From assembly GCF_001194135.2 (NCBI RefSeq), contig NC_068989.1, forward strand, positions 95,662,122-95,726,121: DNA of 64,000 nucleotides. Reading direction: 5' to 3'. Below, piece after piece: positions 1 through 12,508 of this stretch. Each line of letters opens with the position of its first letter. The stretch's first letter is position 1. Source of the DNA: Octopus bimaculoides (taxonomy: Eukaryota). Under the pieces are notes generated by a model. That model saw nothing but the letters and a program-made list of their open reading frames with translations, did no database searches and was not told the DNA's origin. Both the position numbers and the translations under genes were made by a program.

Positions 1-1449
1 TGAAGACCTTAAAGGAAAAACTACGAAGGGGGAGAGAGAGGATGGAGGGGTAGACAGAGGCATGGCGGGAGAAAAGATCATCATCATCATCATCATATAT
101 ATATATAAAGAGAGAGAGAGAGAGAGAGAGGGAGAGGGGGGACCAGTCAAGCAGCACATCACGCTGTAATTCTTGGGCTGAGAAATCAACACTTAAAAGC
201 CATAATTTTAAGGAGCGATAAGAATTTTTGAATAAAGGAAAATGGGTAGTGGTGGTGGGTAGGTACCGCCAGCGAGTAGAGAGGGCTCTTAATTGTAGAT
301 TTTAAATATTTGAGAGACAACAATGCATAAATCGCAATGTATAAATTTTAAAATTACTGATAAGATGTTAAAACTAATAGAGGAAGCAATAGCAAAACAT
401 TTCACAAATATTTACTCCAGCTTATATATATAGTTTAGTACAAATCTATATAGTTTAGTACAATGAATTCATAATCATGGACAGTTTTAATAATAAATAG
501 ATTTCAGATGTTGAATATTTCAAATTTATTTTCTGAGTAAAATCATCTCCCCCTGAGACATCTGCTAATTCCCATTAGAACAGTCATGTTAATACAATAA
601 TCTCTCTAAAAAGTGTCATTCACATTAATTGGCTAGTGGTTATTAAAAAAAAAAATGATGTTCATGATCAAGTTACTTATTCACATTCTAGATCCATATT
701 TGATTCCCTTCTTCCATTCAATATCCAGAAACGTTTTCATTCTTCAATCAATATGTTAACAATCATCAGCAAATATGCACAGAATATTTGAACTCTTTAC
801 TCCACTGCCAGAGCTCCTGTATATAGTATGCTATATTAAAATCTTGGACAGTCTCAAATTTAAACTAGAAATCAGTCTTGAACTGGAAACTCATCATCCC
901 CATCATTTAACTATTGATGTAAATTATAAATACTGGTGATAAATTATTGTTAGTGTCATTATTATTAGCAGCATTACTTTAGATTTATTTATGGTAATTA
1001 TGTATATATAAGCACTATAATTATATTATGGATAGTTAATACATAAAAACAGTGTTTCTAATCCTATAAACCAGCAGTTATTCAAATTCAAATTTGTCTT
1101 TTTCTATCTCTGTATACATACATACATACTTCAATAACTAACTATAACAGAAAAAAAAATTAAAAGAAGAAACAAATATAAAGAGAAAATAATAATGACT
1201 AAAGAGCTGACAAAAAAAAAGTAAAGAATAAAATAAAAACTTTCTTAACCACTATACAAAGTTTACAACTTAACAGCAATGTTTCAGACATTTCAGATGA
1301 ACAGGAATAATTATCAGTAGAAATAGCAATGAACTGAAGTCTATAAACTGCTGAGATAGTACGGAAAATATAGTGGATAGTTTCTGTTACTTAAGTGACC
1401 TAATACTTGAAACAGCAACTAGACATTAAAGGTTTCTGTTAATGTATTT

Positions 1450-1705
1450 AGGCAAGGGAGCAGCAATATTATGGAAATGTGATGAGAATGGATAACACCA
1501 ACATAATAAAAGAAAGTGATATATTGACACTGGAAGGTACCCTCAGCAGAGGAAAGCAAAAGAAGAAATGTAAAGAAGTAAATGTTAGGATGCTGGACTT
1601 CACCAGATTTAGGAAAGTAAAGAGGAGATATGCAGTACTGTAGACTTGCCCAAACTATGCTAACACGAGAAAGAAAATAAGCATGAAGACAATGACGATA
1701 GCATA
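1450..1705 (+). mobile_element. Old RTE-clade LINE fragment (ORF C-terminus plus degenerate 3' end)
   Basis: Manual translation gives REQQYYGNVMRMDNTNIIKESDILTLEGTLSRGKQKKK, like the RTE C-terminal RLRWYGHVMRM...EG.R.RGRPRK motif; ends in a decayed version of the local RTE terminus. Confidence 0.55.
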
Positions 1706-3727
1706 AGAAGGAAGAAGACAGTGATTAAAATAAAAATGACATATTAACTAACGACTTGTAAGAATAGGAAATAAGTGAAGCAAAAAGAGAGACTGACTTT
1801 CAATTAGTTGAACTACAGAAATACTACTAATTTCATGAGAGTAAGTAATAGATAAAACTAATTTGAAGTAGATTAAAAGTATTTACAAAATCAACAAGAA
1901 TTACAAGTTAATGCCATTACTCATCGTTTTAAACTTCTCTAGCTTAATTCACATTGAGAAATATAGTTTAACTTTGTTACTAGTCTGTTCAAAGATAATT
2001 GGCTTTGTTTTCTTGTACATCTATTTACAATTCTTGTGTTTATAATCATTTCATTAAACATTACTTGCATTCATTGAAATCAGAATTAACAAGATAATGA
2101 AAAGAAAGTTAACATGTAATTAATTGAAAAATATTCAATACACAACTGTTTTTAATTATTGATGAGGTTTTCATACTCGACTATTTACACTGAACATATG
2201 CTTAAAGAATCGTCTCACACTGCAGAAATAATAACAAAAATAATTTAATACGCAACAAATGCTACACAAAAAGTTGATATTTAGGAATTTAGTAACGTAT
2301 CAAAATATTTATATCAATTATATTTTTTGTATTTTTTTATTTAGCAAAGTAACCGAAGTCGGGNNNNNNNNNNNNNNNNNNNNNNNNNNNNTTAAAAATT
2401 GACTTAACTTAAAACAGCTGTTAATTACATAATTTCAAAAAATGATTCATTGTTATGAATAGGTATTGGATATTTATTTCCTAACCAGCATCAAATATAG
2501 AAAATATTTGTATAAACTAATTACATTAATTTAAAAATTAGTTAAGCTATTCCTCATTGTACGCACGAGTCATCTTCTCTATGATTCATTACAAGTAGAT
2601 AAAATGATGGATTAAGAATCTCAGCTTAACTACACAAATTTTATTGTTTCTCAGAGACACTCTTTTTGTATTGTATTGTTTACTTCTTCAAAACATTCTT
2701 GTTCAAAGATAACTAATTCCCTTTCTCAAGATTAAAACAATCACCTCAAATAGTTCAGAAAAAGTTGTGTCAGTCAACCACATACATACAAAACATCAAA
2801 TAGCATATTTTTGTTAACTGATTGTCTTCCAAAACATGAGACATGGTCAATCTAGTAACAATAACAAGTGCTTAGGAATGAGGAGACATTGCTCCAGCTA
2901 ATATCAATCAATAACAGGATTACAGACCCTCTGTATAGTGCTGACAGACAATAAGAGATCAAATCACTGCCTTTCCACTCTCTCACATAACACATAGTCC
3001 ACATTTCAGTCTCATATAAAAGAAACCCCAAAATGCAAGTATTACGAATTGCTATTCTTGGCTTTCAGTCTACTGGACATTATCTTCCAGCCAAATAAAT
3101 GGCAGCCACAGCCTTTCATCACCGACACTGGCAAGTCATAGATTAAAGAAACAAGATTCAGAGAGAGAGTTGTTTCTTTAACATTGATATAAGATGGGAT
3201 CCATACTCATTGTAAGATATTTTAGGTAGACTTTTACATTTCAAACTCAGCTGATGCAAAAGCAAAATAATCACATTATAGTTGCAAGTAACACCTTTTT
3301 TATGTATTGCTAAAGCAACATCCTTTGCATATAAATTTCAAAAGGAGCATCTACGAAATCCAATGCTTTGCATAAAGATGAAAGACAGAGTAAAACAGTT
3401 TCTAATTACAAAGAAAACATTCAAGCAAGATGATGTAGGAAAGATACAATAAAGAAAGAGTGAGCAAAGATACCAAATAAGGTATGAGTTAAACCACTGC
3501 TTTACTTTGAGCTGCTATTTCTAGCAGCCAAATATCCTACATCTGATCACCACTATCATCAGTATCAACACTAGTATCAAGTAGATCATATCCAGTTTTT
3601 TAAACTCATCGAAACAAATGTAGTGTACTTAAAACAAAACAATAACAAGAGGGTAAAAAACAAAAAAAAAGTCCATAAAACAAGTGAAATATTCTGAACC
3701 AAAACATTCTACAATAATCAGTAGAAA

Positions 3728-3800
3728 ATGAAGCTCAGTGATTGGAGAAGTAAAAAAGCTTCTGAGCATGTGGATGGACAATCAATATCAGTTCCATGAG
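3728..3800 (+). mobile_element. Tigger/pogo-like transposase fragment (CENP-B type HTH)
   Basis: Translates as SSVIGEVKKLLSMWMDNQ, similar to Tigger-type SLIADMEKVLVVWIEDQ; short and isolated. Confidence 0.4.
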
Positions 3801-4206
3801 CCTTAAACTAAGTGAGAAGAATGCCATTGCTGACAGGCTGAGGCAGTGGAGATTTCCCGGTTATTAATTCTTGAAATCAACATCATCAAGAAAGATACTA
3901 TGAGAAATAAAGTGCTAACAGTATAAAATAGCTTTATTATCATTATTTATTATGATGGTTTTTATAACTATTTTTATATTATTACTATTCCTATCTATAT
4001 AATTTTGATAGGACATACTGCCGAACATTAGTAAGGTACAGCTGAGCTGTACAAACCTTTTTTATAATGCTGTGTACAGTATTTAGTATTAACAAGAATA
4101 ATATTCAACCTCTGAACAATTAAGCTTACAAAAAAAATCAAACTCTTAAGATATTATCCTATTCATGAGTAAGTGTGTGTGTTTGTGTGTGTGTGTGTGT
4201 GTGTGG

Positions 4207-4237
<31 letters not shown>

Positions 4238-4461
4238 TATAAAGAAAAGCAGTGTCTTAGAGAATGTGGCAACACAATAACAATGCAGAACAAGCATTAA
4301 ATATCAAAAATTAACAAGAACAAAGATATTGAAATGTTACCATAGAAATATTTAATCAGTTTTGATATTTTGGGTTAATAACCCTTTTACAAAAGTATTA
4401 AGAGTACAAGAGAGAGAGAAATTATGTGTCCATCATGTTGTTGAGGGGTGGGTAGGGTTAG

Positions 4462-4830
4462 TTGTACATACTTCAGCAGGGCTCTACTTCCTCCCATAAA
4501 GTGCTCCCATAAAGTGCTCCCATAAAGTGCTCACAACACTGAAGTTGCGGGTTAAGAATTTTCATGACTATAAGAACATAAAAAATGTGGCCTCCAAGTT
4601 CTCGTGATTTGAGCCCCACTCAACAGACTATTATGTCTGGAGCGTATCATCAAAAGGAAGGCCAGTTGCAATCCTCCAATGTCAAGGACATGATTGGCAA
4701 CATGTACAAGAACTGCCTGATCCTGGCTCCCAGTTACTTCCATGTTGGCACCAATATTGTCCTTGGGGCTGAAGGTAGGTTCATTGTATAACCTGTGTTT
4801 TTAATAGATCCAGTGCAATACACATGCCGT
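4462..4830 (+). mobile_element. Tc1/mariner-superfamily transposase C-terminal fossil (frameshifted)
   Basis: YILQQGSTSSHK (cf. FQQDSAPAHK), then WPPSSRDLSP and, after a frameshift, DYYVWS (cf. WPPSSPDLNPLDYYVW), ending AEGRFIV*. Confidence 0.75.
4491..4529. repeat. 13-bp tandem repeat x3 (CTCCCATAAAGTG) inside the transposase fossil
   Basis: Three exact consecutive copies read directly. Confidence 0.95.
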
Positions 4831-5529
4831 TTTTTCTGAAGCTATATTGTATTTTCCATTTAATACTTTTGTTTTTCCTTGTATTTTATTCTCAATTACC
4901 TGCACACACAGACACACACACACACACACACAAGCACACATTATTCATTCATTTATTCGACTGCAGCTTCTTCACAATGTCTACTTGTATGTGAAAATCA
5001 GATGTGTTTTTATTCATCTTCTATTGGTTTTAGCTATGCCATAGCAGACATTCTGGTGCATAGCTTTTGAAATACTATCCTCTATTTCTGGAATTATTTA
5101 CGTCTAGCTATATTCTTTCTTTGATAATTCTTGCTGCACTTTCTAGTTAAGAACATTGACTTTAAAGACAAGAAATCTTTATTTATTGAGATTTGAATGT
5201 TTTTGCTTTTCTTTTTTAATTTCTTTTGAGGAATTTATTTTTATTCACTTTTAGTTTTATCATTATTGTTTTACTATTTTCTTTTTAAATTTATTAACTT
5301 CACACTCAAACTAGCTCATTCATAGGTTTAATGCTTATGCCTAAGTTAATTAATGTACTTTGGTAAAGTAAGAATTTTACAATATTTGATTAACTCATTT
5401 ACAAATATTTTGTCACAGAAACTGTTTTCCTAATAATTATTTTGATGTGTTTCAAATATTTCCTTCTTTCTATTTTTTTACCAACTAATTTAATGCATCC
5501 TTTCTTCATTTCAAACTAATTAGATGTTT

Positions 5530-5690
5530 GCAAGCACAACAGTATAGTTAAGTAGCTTGGCTGGTAACCACACAGTTTTGGGTTGGATCCCATGTTACTC
5601 TGGTTAAATATCTTCTACCAAAGACTTAGGTAAACCATAGCCTTATGAATGAAATATAGCACACAAAAGCTGGATGGAGGTTCACAAAAT
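5530..5690 (+). mobile_element. Degenerate tRNA-derived SINE
   Basis: Loosely colinear with the better-preserved copies at 25411 and 32623. Confidence 0.45.
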
Positions 5691-6581
5691 ATGAGTGCAT
5701 GTGTGTCTATGTGTATGTATGTATAGATATATATGTGTTTATAGGTGTGTAACTGTGTTTAATATGTTTGTGTAGATTTGGATGTGGGAAGACCTTTGCT
5801 ACAGAAATTAGCCAGCGAGAAAAAAGAATTCAGCTTATAAACAATGCATATGAAAACACATCACTGAGATGTGAATGATATCAATGGGCTGGAAGACATG
5901 CATTTCTGTGTTGTTATGCTTCATCAACAAAATCCATTGTTCATAGCCCTGTCAGAAAAGTCATTCTCATATTTAACCAACAAAGAGTTCATTTACTGTT
6001 GTGCACCAAGTTCTGTCAGGATGGAATTAATAAAGTAGGGTGTATGAAGCAGCACTGATTGAAATAAAGGTATGTTTGTGTACACTCAGATGTGGACACT
6101 GTCCAGGAAAAAAATCCTCCTTGTAGTCAATATGTATGGAAACACTGCTGTGAATGACATTATTGGACCACAGAATGCAAGATTTTCTATACTTTTATGC
6201 ATCATCAGCTTTGAACATTGAATCATCTGTTATCCACAGCCCACTAAGAACAGTGATTCTTATCCTTAAACAGCACAAATTGTAAGCTGGAATGAATTAA
6301 CAAAAGGCACATGAAGCAAGTATAAGAACGGCTGTATTTTGTGGGGTGTGATGAATACAGTATCCAAACCTGATAACACAGAAATGGATGCAGCCTCCAG
6401 CTCGAACATGTCTGGCAGTGTGTTTTTATACATACTGTCTGTAAGCAGAATATTTTCTCAAGACAATTTCCACAGCAAAAGTCTTTCCATGTTTAAGTGT
6501 ACATGAATGTGTCAGATATAGCTGTACACACCTATATTCCAATCAATGCTGATTTGTGCACCTCTAGTTTATATATATATA

Positions 6582-6726
6582 TCATCATCATCATCATCAT
6601 CATCGTTTAACGTCCGCTTTCCATGCTAGCATGGGTTGGATGATTTAACTGAGGACTGGTGAAACCGGATGGCAACATCAGGCTCCAATCTAAATTTGGC
6701 AGAGTTTCTACAGCTGGATGCCCTTC
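6582..6726 (-). mobile_element. Young 5'-truncated RTE 3' end with (GAT)n tail
   Basis: Near-identical to 29846-30010 and 50931-51070 (GGAAAGCGGACGTTAAACGATGATGAT terminus on minus strand). Confidence 0.85.
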
Positions 6727-8446
6727 TGTGTGCGTGTGTGTATGGGCGCACACGCGGATGCCTGTATGTAGGTAATAGCGTTCTTTTTGCTAAAACTTTA
6801 AAAATTTTGTTCGGTTTTTGTAATTGTGAAATTTTTTCGCCATGAACGGTTTGTGTTTTTAAACGGAATGTATTTTTTCTGATGTTATACTTATTCCTGA
6901 ATGATGTNNNNNNNNNNNNNNNNNNNNNNNNNNNNNNNNNNNNNNNNNNNNNNNNNNNNNNNNNNNNNNNNNNNNNNNNNNNNNNNNNNNNNNNNNNNNN
7001 NNNNNNNNNNNNNNNNNNNNNNNNNNNNNNNNNNNNNATATATATATATATATATATATATATATAGCAGCATGATTAAGAAGCTCACTTAGCAACCACA
7101 TTGTTTCAGAAGTGTCCTTTACTACAGCCCTGGCCCAAACAAAACCCTATGAGAAAAAACCCCAGAAAATAGCCTGCTCTGTGTGTGTGAGTGCATGCAC
7201 ACACATGTGTATGCATGCATCTATACATACATATACATATGTTTATAGGCATGTACATCTATGTATGTGTACATATGTATGTCAGCATGAATTTCATGTT
7301 TGCTCTGAAAATTGTGGGCTATGAACATTGATACTGTCATTTCCCCTGTCAACAAATCATTTGTTGGCTTTGTTTCTTGAAAAACAATCGTAAGAAGAGA
7401 GCCATTACTTCAAAAACAGGTAAGGGTTAATGGCAAAAAGGGCATTCAACTGTTAAGAAATACTTCTATAATATATTCATCTAACTTATGCTAGCATAGA
7501 GAAAATAGATGTAAAATGAATGAAATATGAATGTAAAAGTGTATATGTGCACCTAAATAAATATGAATCTTTCTCTCAGCTTTACATTGATGATTAATAC
7601 AGATGTCAGGAAGAAGAAACCCTTGGCATATATATAATATACTTAAATTTAACTACATTCAAACCTTGTCTGATGCTTAACATTGAAAAACAAAGATTTC
7701 TACACCATTTCCACAAAATAATAAAAATAGGGGAAAAAAACTGTTAACTATTCTGCTAAATTAAAGGCAGAACAGGGAAAATGGCATGACACATAAACAA
7801 CAAAATGAAATAAAAAATAGATACATTTTATAAACGATAGGAAAAAATCAGGTCTCATTCTGAAACAGAAATTTAAAGTACAAAAGACATTGCTTGCTAT
7901 TTCTAACGGTGGTGCACCAGCATGACCGCAGCCACTTGGCTGAAACACATAAATAAATAAGCAGCGTTTGGTTACAAGGGAGAGGGGTGCTGGTTACCTA
8001 GTAAGATAATTCTGCACAACAAATGATAAATCTTATTTCATTTCTAGCAAGCAAACCGCACCAGTTTCAATGAAGTCCTCCAGTGAAAAAAGCATTTAAA
8101 TGTTGCTGCACATGTCCAGCTTGGAGGACAAAAGCACTGTTGTGCCTTCTTCTATTTCATTTCATGTTCCCTGTACAACTACAGTTGATACATAACTTTG
8201 AAAAACTTAATTTTGACTTCTAAAAACAATTCAGAATACTTAACCTTAACCAGATTTGAACCTTCATTCTATGCATTACATTGAACAATAAATTACTGAC
8301 TCTACTCAACCATATCACCCCCCCCCCCATCACCAGTCAAGTAAGAAAAAGGAAAAGAAAGAAAGATGAACAATTCTACAACAAAAGCAGCAAGAAAGAA
8401 ACAACTGGATAGAAAACTACTATATTTCATTTTTTAAGTTATAGGA

Positions 8447-8738
8447 GCAAAATTGCGGTTGTGGCAGAAACCAGTATAACGCAAATTGGCACATAAAAGC
8501 ACCCATTATACTCTCAGAGTGGTTGGCGTTGTTAGGAAGGGCACCCAGCTGTAGAAAACCATACCAAATCAGAGGCATCCAGCTGTAGAAAACCATACCA
8601 AATCAGAGGCATCCAGCTGTAGAAAACCATACCAAATGAGACTGGAGTCCAGTGCAGCCTTCCAGCATGCCAGCCCAGTCAAACCGTCCAACCCATGCCA
8701 GCAGGGACAACAGATGTTAAATGATGATGATGATGATG
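8447..8738 (+). mobile_element. RTE 3' UTR copy with internal 34-bp triplication
   Basis: GAGTGGTTGGCG..AGGAAGGGCA.CCAGCTGTAGAAA...GTCCAACCCATGCCAGCA...GTTAAATGATGATG. Confidence 0.85.
8540..8641. repeat. 34-bp tandem repeat x3 (GGCATCCAGCTGTAGAAAACCATACCAAATCAGA)
   Basis: Units start at 8540, 8574 and 8608, head-to-tail with no spacers. Confidence 0.95.
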
Positions 8739-9068
8739 AAGTTTATGCAGCCAATATTCAAAGACAAAGTTTGCCTTGTTTTAGCTATCATTCCATCAAT
8801 CATCTACTTAATTAACAAAGATGTTACAGAAATGAAAAATAATAAGAAAGAAAATTTTTTTCAATACATAGCTGTATTGTGAAATATATTATTTAGATAT
8901 ATTAATCTATAAAACTCTGATCGTGTAGGCAACCAAAAATAAAATTTGCATAGTGATAAAGATTGACTAATTGGGTTTTAGTTGCTATTATAAAATCAAT
9001 GTTGTATGGTTACTATTTACTGTTTAGCTGGGTAGATAAACAAACAAACAAACAAATCGATATACATA

Positions 9069-9121
<53 letters not shown>

Positions 9122-10166
9122 CTTTGTCTTGACATTATTTGATTGTCATACACAAGCATCACTGTCATCTAAGCAATATTCATTTCCATTCTTCATAGAA
9201 AACATGTCTTGCCTTGTGACACATTCCTTTGCTTGGAAACAGGGAAAGGCTGATGACAGAGAGCATCTTGCTGTAGAAAATCTGCCTCAACAAATACTGT
9301 CTGTCCCATGTTCGGATTAAAGTGAAATTGAAATGATGATGCACACATACGAAAATGTGTGTGTGTGTGTGTGTACATCCACATATATACACACGCACAT
9401 ACATGTGTGTGTGTGTGTACATCCACACACACGTACATAAACAAGAATAGGAGCACCTAAAATGCAACCGGTAGACAAATGGCATTCGAGTGACAGTTGT
9501 AATTTCTTTTCAAAACTACTTCAATGTAAAATTAAAGTAGTTAACAGTTTTTCACAAGTGATTGGTATTGTTTCAAATGTATCAATAATAAAATGCAAAC
9601 AATTTTTAAATGAAATCCTTGGTGTGTTCTACATAAAATTAGTTTCAGAATATTTAATTTTACATCACTGTATGTATTTCAGCTCTAGTTGGCTAGACTT
9701 ATATTCTTATATGATTATAACATCAACCTGAATTGATTTATTGAGATATCAGAATGGTATATGGATTTTTAACAATGCAAAACTGGCTTCTGTTATGATA
9801 GAAAGTAAAATGAATTTCAAGTTGATACAGTACAGAGATAACAGGTTTGTATAATGATTATGAAAGTAGTCAAGTAGGAAACCTTTACGTAGCTGCTCAA
9901 TCTTCCAGAAACAACAGGCAAATCTCTTTTGAATCACAATAGCACAAGTACAATGATATTTATTTACTTTCTGGCAATATGGAAAACATTTAATTTCCAG
10001 TAATTCACGAAAATATATGTTTATACATATATATGTCTGTGTGGTTGTTTGTCCACCTGTCATCATCCTCTGTTCAGGTTTAGACATACTGCATGTATAC
10101 ATACAAATAAATACTTATATATACACATAGGCATACACATACACACAAACACAAAATCCCTAAAAC

Positions 10167-10204
<38 letters not shown>

Positions 10205-10206
10205 TA

Positions 10207-10263
<57 letters not shown>

Positions 10264-10267
10264 TGTA

Positions 10268-10476
10268 TGTACATAAAAAACACCATTTGAGCCAGTGCTG
10301 CTGGACTGGTTGCTGTGCAGGTGGTACATAAAAAACACCATTTGAGTGTGGCCGCCGCCAGTACCGCCTGGTGCAGCCATCTGGCTTGCCAGTCCTCAGT
10401 CAAACCGTCCAACCCATGCCAGCATGGAAAGCAGACGTTAAACGATGATAATGATGATGATCATGGTGATGATGAT
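10268..10476 (+). mobile_element. RTE 3' end with (GAT)n tail
   Basis: GTCAAACCGTCCAACCCATGCCAGCATGGAAAGCAGACGTTAAACGATGAT; 5' end abuts a (TG)n(TA)n tract. Confidence 0.85.
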
Positions 10477-10600
10477 AGGAAAAACAATGGTTATGTTATG
10501 AACTTCATTAGCTTACAGCTGTTTCTGCTATATGATGCAGTGGACTCGTAGTTGAGTGCTCAAATAACATCCTTTAGCTTCATCAGAGCCTCAAATATGA
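10477..10600. mobile_element. Partial copy (one arm) of the hairpin MITE at 11504-11734
   Basis: TTATGAACTTCATTAGCTTACAGCTGTTTCTGC...GATGCAGTGGACTC matches the MITE arms. Confidence 0.75.
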
Positions 10601-11503
10601 ATTGCAATTTATATGGGAGGAAAGACTTACATTTTTGCAATATACAGGAAAGGCAAAACAAGTGAGAAAGTCATTGCAGATGTTTTTGAAAAGGTATGTG
10701 TAATCATGACAATGAATATATATATATGCATGTATGTATGTATGTGTATACACACATCAATATGATATTGTTATTCCATTTACAAAACATTTTCCTTTTG
10801 CTCTATATTGTTGCACACTTGCACATCCCTGTACATACACACACCTACATATACATCCTACGAATGAATAGAGGTAGACTACAAACTTTATGTTCTGAAT
10901 CAAATATACTACTATAATATTTTACACCAGAGTTACTATTCCCACCTACAATAAAATATCTAATAATTTTGACTAGTTTAGTCAAATACTGGTCAAATAA
11001 ATATTTAAATATTAAGCAAGTCATCTCAAACTTATAGAGGAAATTTCGTTTAAGTATTTATAGTACTAGTTCATATGCTCAAAATCTTTGTGAAAGAAAA
11101 CTAATTAATTTAGTGTCATAAAATTTACAATTTCACCTGCTGTAACAGAATAATATTTTGTACTAATCCAAAAACAGCAAACAAAAAACCAGTGTAAGCC
11201 AGAATGAATTCATACTTTACTTACTTCCATTTTGAACATATATTCCTGTGACCATACACACATAAAAGCACAGGCATCTTGTTGCAGTATGGCTCTCTGG
11301 TTAAGAAGTTTGCTTTGGAGCCACGTCGTTTGGAGTTCAGTTTGTGTATGTATGACTTATTGCATATTTCCCTTCTCTTGACATGCACACACAGATTGTA
11401 ATCAAAGCATCACCATTCATTTATCCATATACAAACATATTTAAACAGGCCCATCTGTCCATCTATCTATATATACACATGCATACAAAACTGAGATGAC
11501 AAA

Positions 11504-11734
11504 GGAATAAACGATTATTTTATGAACTTTGTTAGCTTACAGCTGTTTCTGTTATAGGATGCAGTTGACTCATAGTTGAATGCCTGAGTAATACTTTATA
11601 GCTTCCTCACACTTCATGTTTGAGGCACCAATGAAACTATAAGGTGTTACTCAGGCACTCGGCTATGAGTCCACTGCACCTTATGGCAGAAACAGCTGTA
11701 AGCTGATGAAGTTCATAAAATAATTGTTTATTCC
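11504..11734. mobile_element. MITE-like element with about 100-bp inverted arms and a short spacer
   Basis: Left arm GGAATAAACGATTATTTTATGAACTTTGTTAGCTTACAGCTGTTTCTG... is the imperfect reverse complement of the right arm ...CAGAAACAGCTGTAAGCTGATGAAGTTCATAAAATAATTGTTTATTCC. No TSD recognisable. Confidence 0.85.
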
Positions 11735-12393
11735 CCTGCCATCTCATTTTCTTATCACTGCTCTGTACTCAACAAACGCTTCATTCTGAAGCATTGTATA
11801 TTATCATACATGCTTGGTCAAGTAGGCAAGCTTCAATACTATCAATACTCTTGTTATCTTGAAAATTATCTTGAACAGTGTCTCTCTAGTAGTATTAATA
11901 TTGCTATTTATATTTATGTCAATAGAATCATGACTAGAATTAGAGGATAAAAGTTTAAAGTTATGAGCAGCGATAATGGGTTAAATTTTTGGTATTAGAG
12001 AAACCAAACCTTACCTTATGCGCGTTAATGACTTTATAGTAAATCATTTTCTAAGGTCTATTTTTTGGTCTATTTGCAATAATAATAGCATCCTCAATTG
12101 GTTAACAACTGAACATCATTATGTTTGAATTAATTTACCATTTGCTCGTTACCTACACCTTTAGGATTAACAGTTGTATATCATCTCACACCTTTTCATC
12201 CTGTTTTATATATTTTCATGGGTCAGCTATGAAAATTGGATTTGAATGTTTTCTGTTTTTATTGGCTGCATATTACTAATAATAATAATAATAATAACAA
12301 TAATAATGGGACCCCGAGGAGATGGAGTATCCCATATTTTACAATATGTATTAATCATTCTGGAAATTGCATCGAAATGTGCATATGTCATTT

Positions 12394-12428
<35 letters not shown>

Positions 12429-12468
12429 AAGTATTTTCAATGGATCAGTTTTGAGCTCTATTTAAAGT

Positions 12469-12508
<40 letters not shown>

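Noticed and set aside
5860-6560. Slightly GC-richer non-microsatellite block, possibly a decayed transposon or exon
   Set aside because: No recognisable protein motif or open frame by manual translation; needs a homology search.
8540-8641. 34-bp repeats of CRISPR-like length
   Set aside because: Head-to-tail with no spacers, inside an RTE 3' UTR, in eukaryotic DNA with no cas genes.
12009-12053. Strong minus-strand donor AAG|GTAAGG with a CpG-containing open frame (KMIYYKVINAHK or VINAHK)
   Set aside because: Neither upstream AG has a pyrimidine tract; fit to the microexon model is tempting but unsupported.
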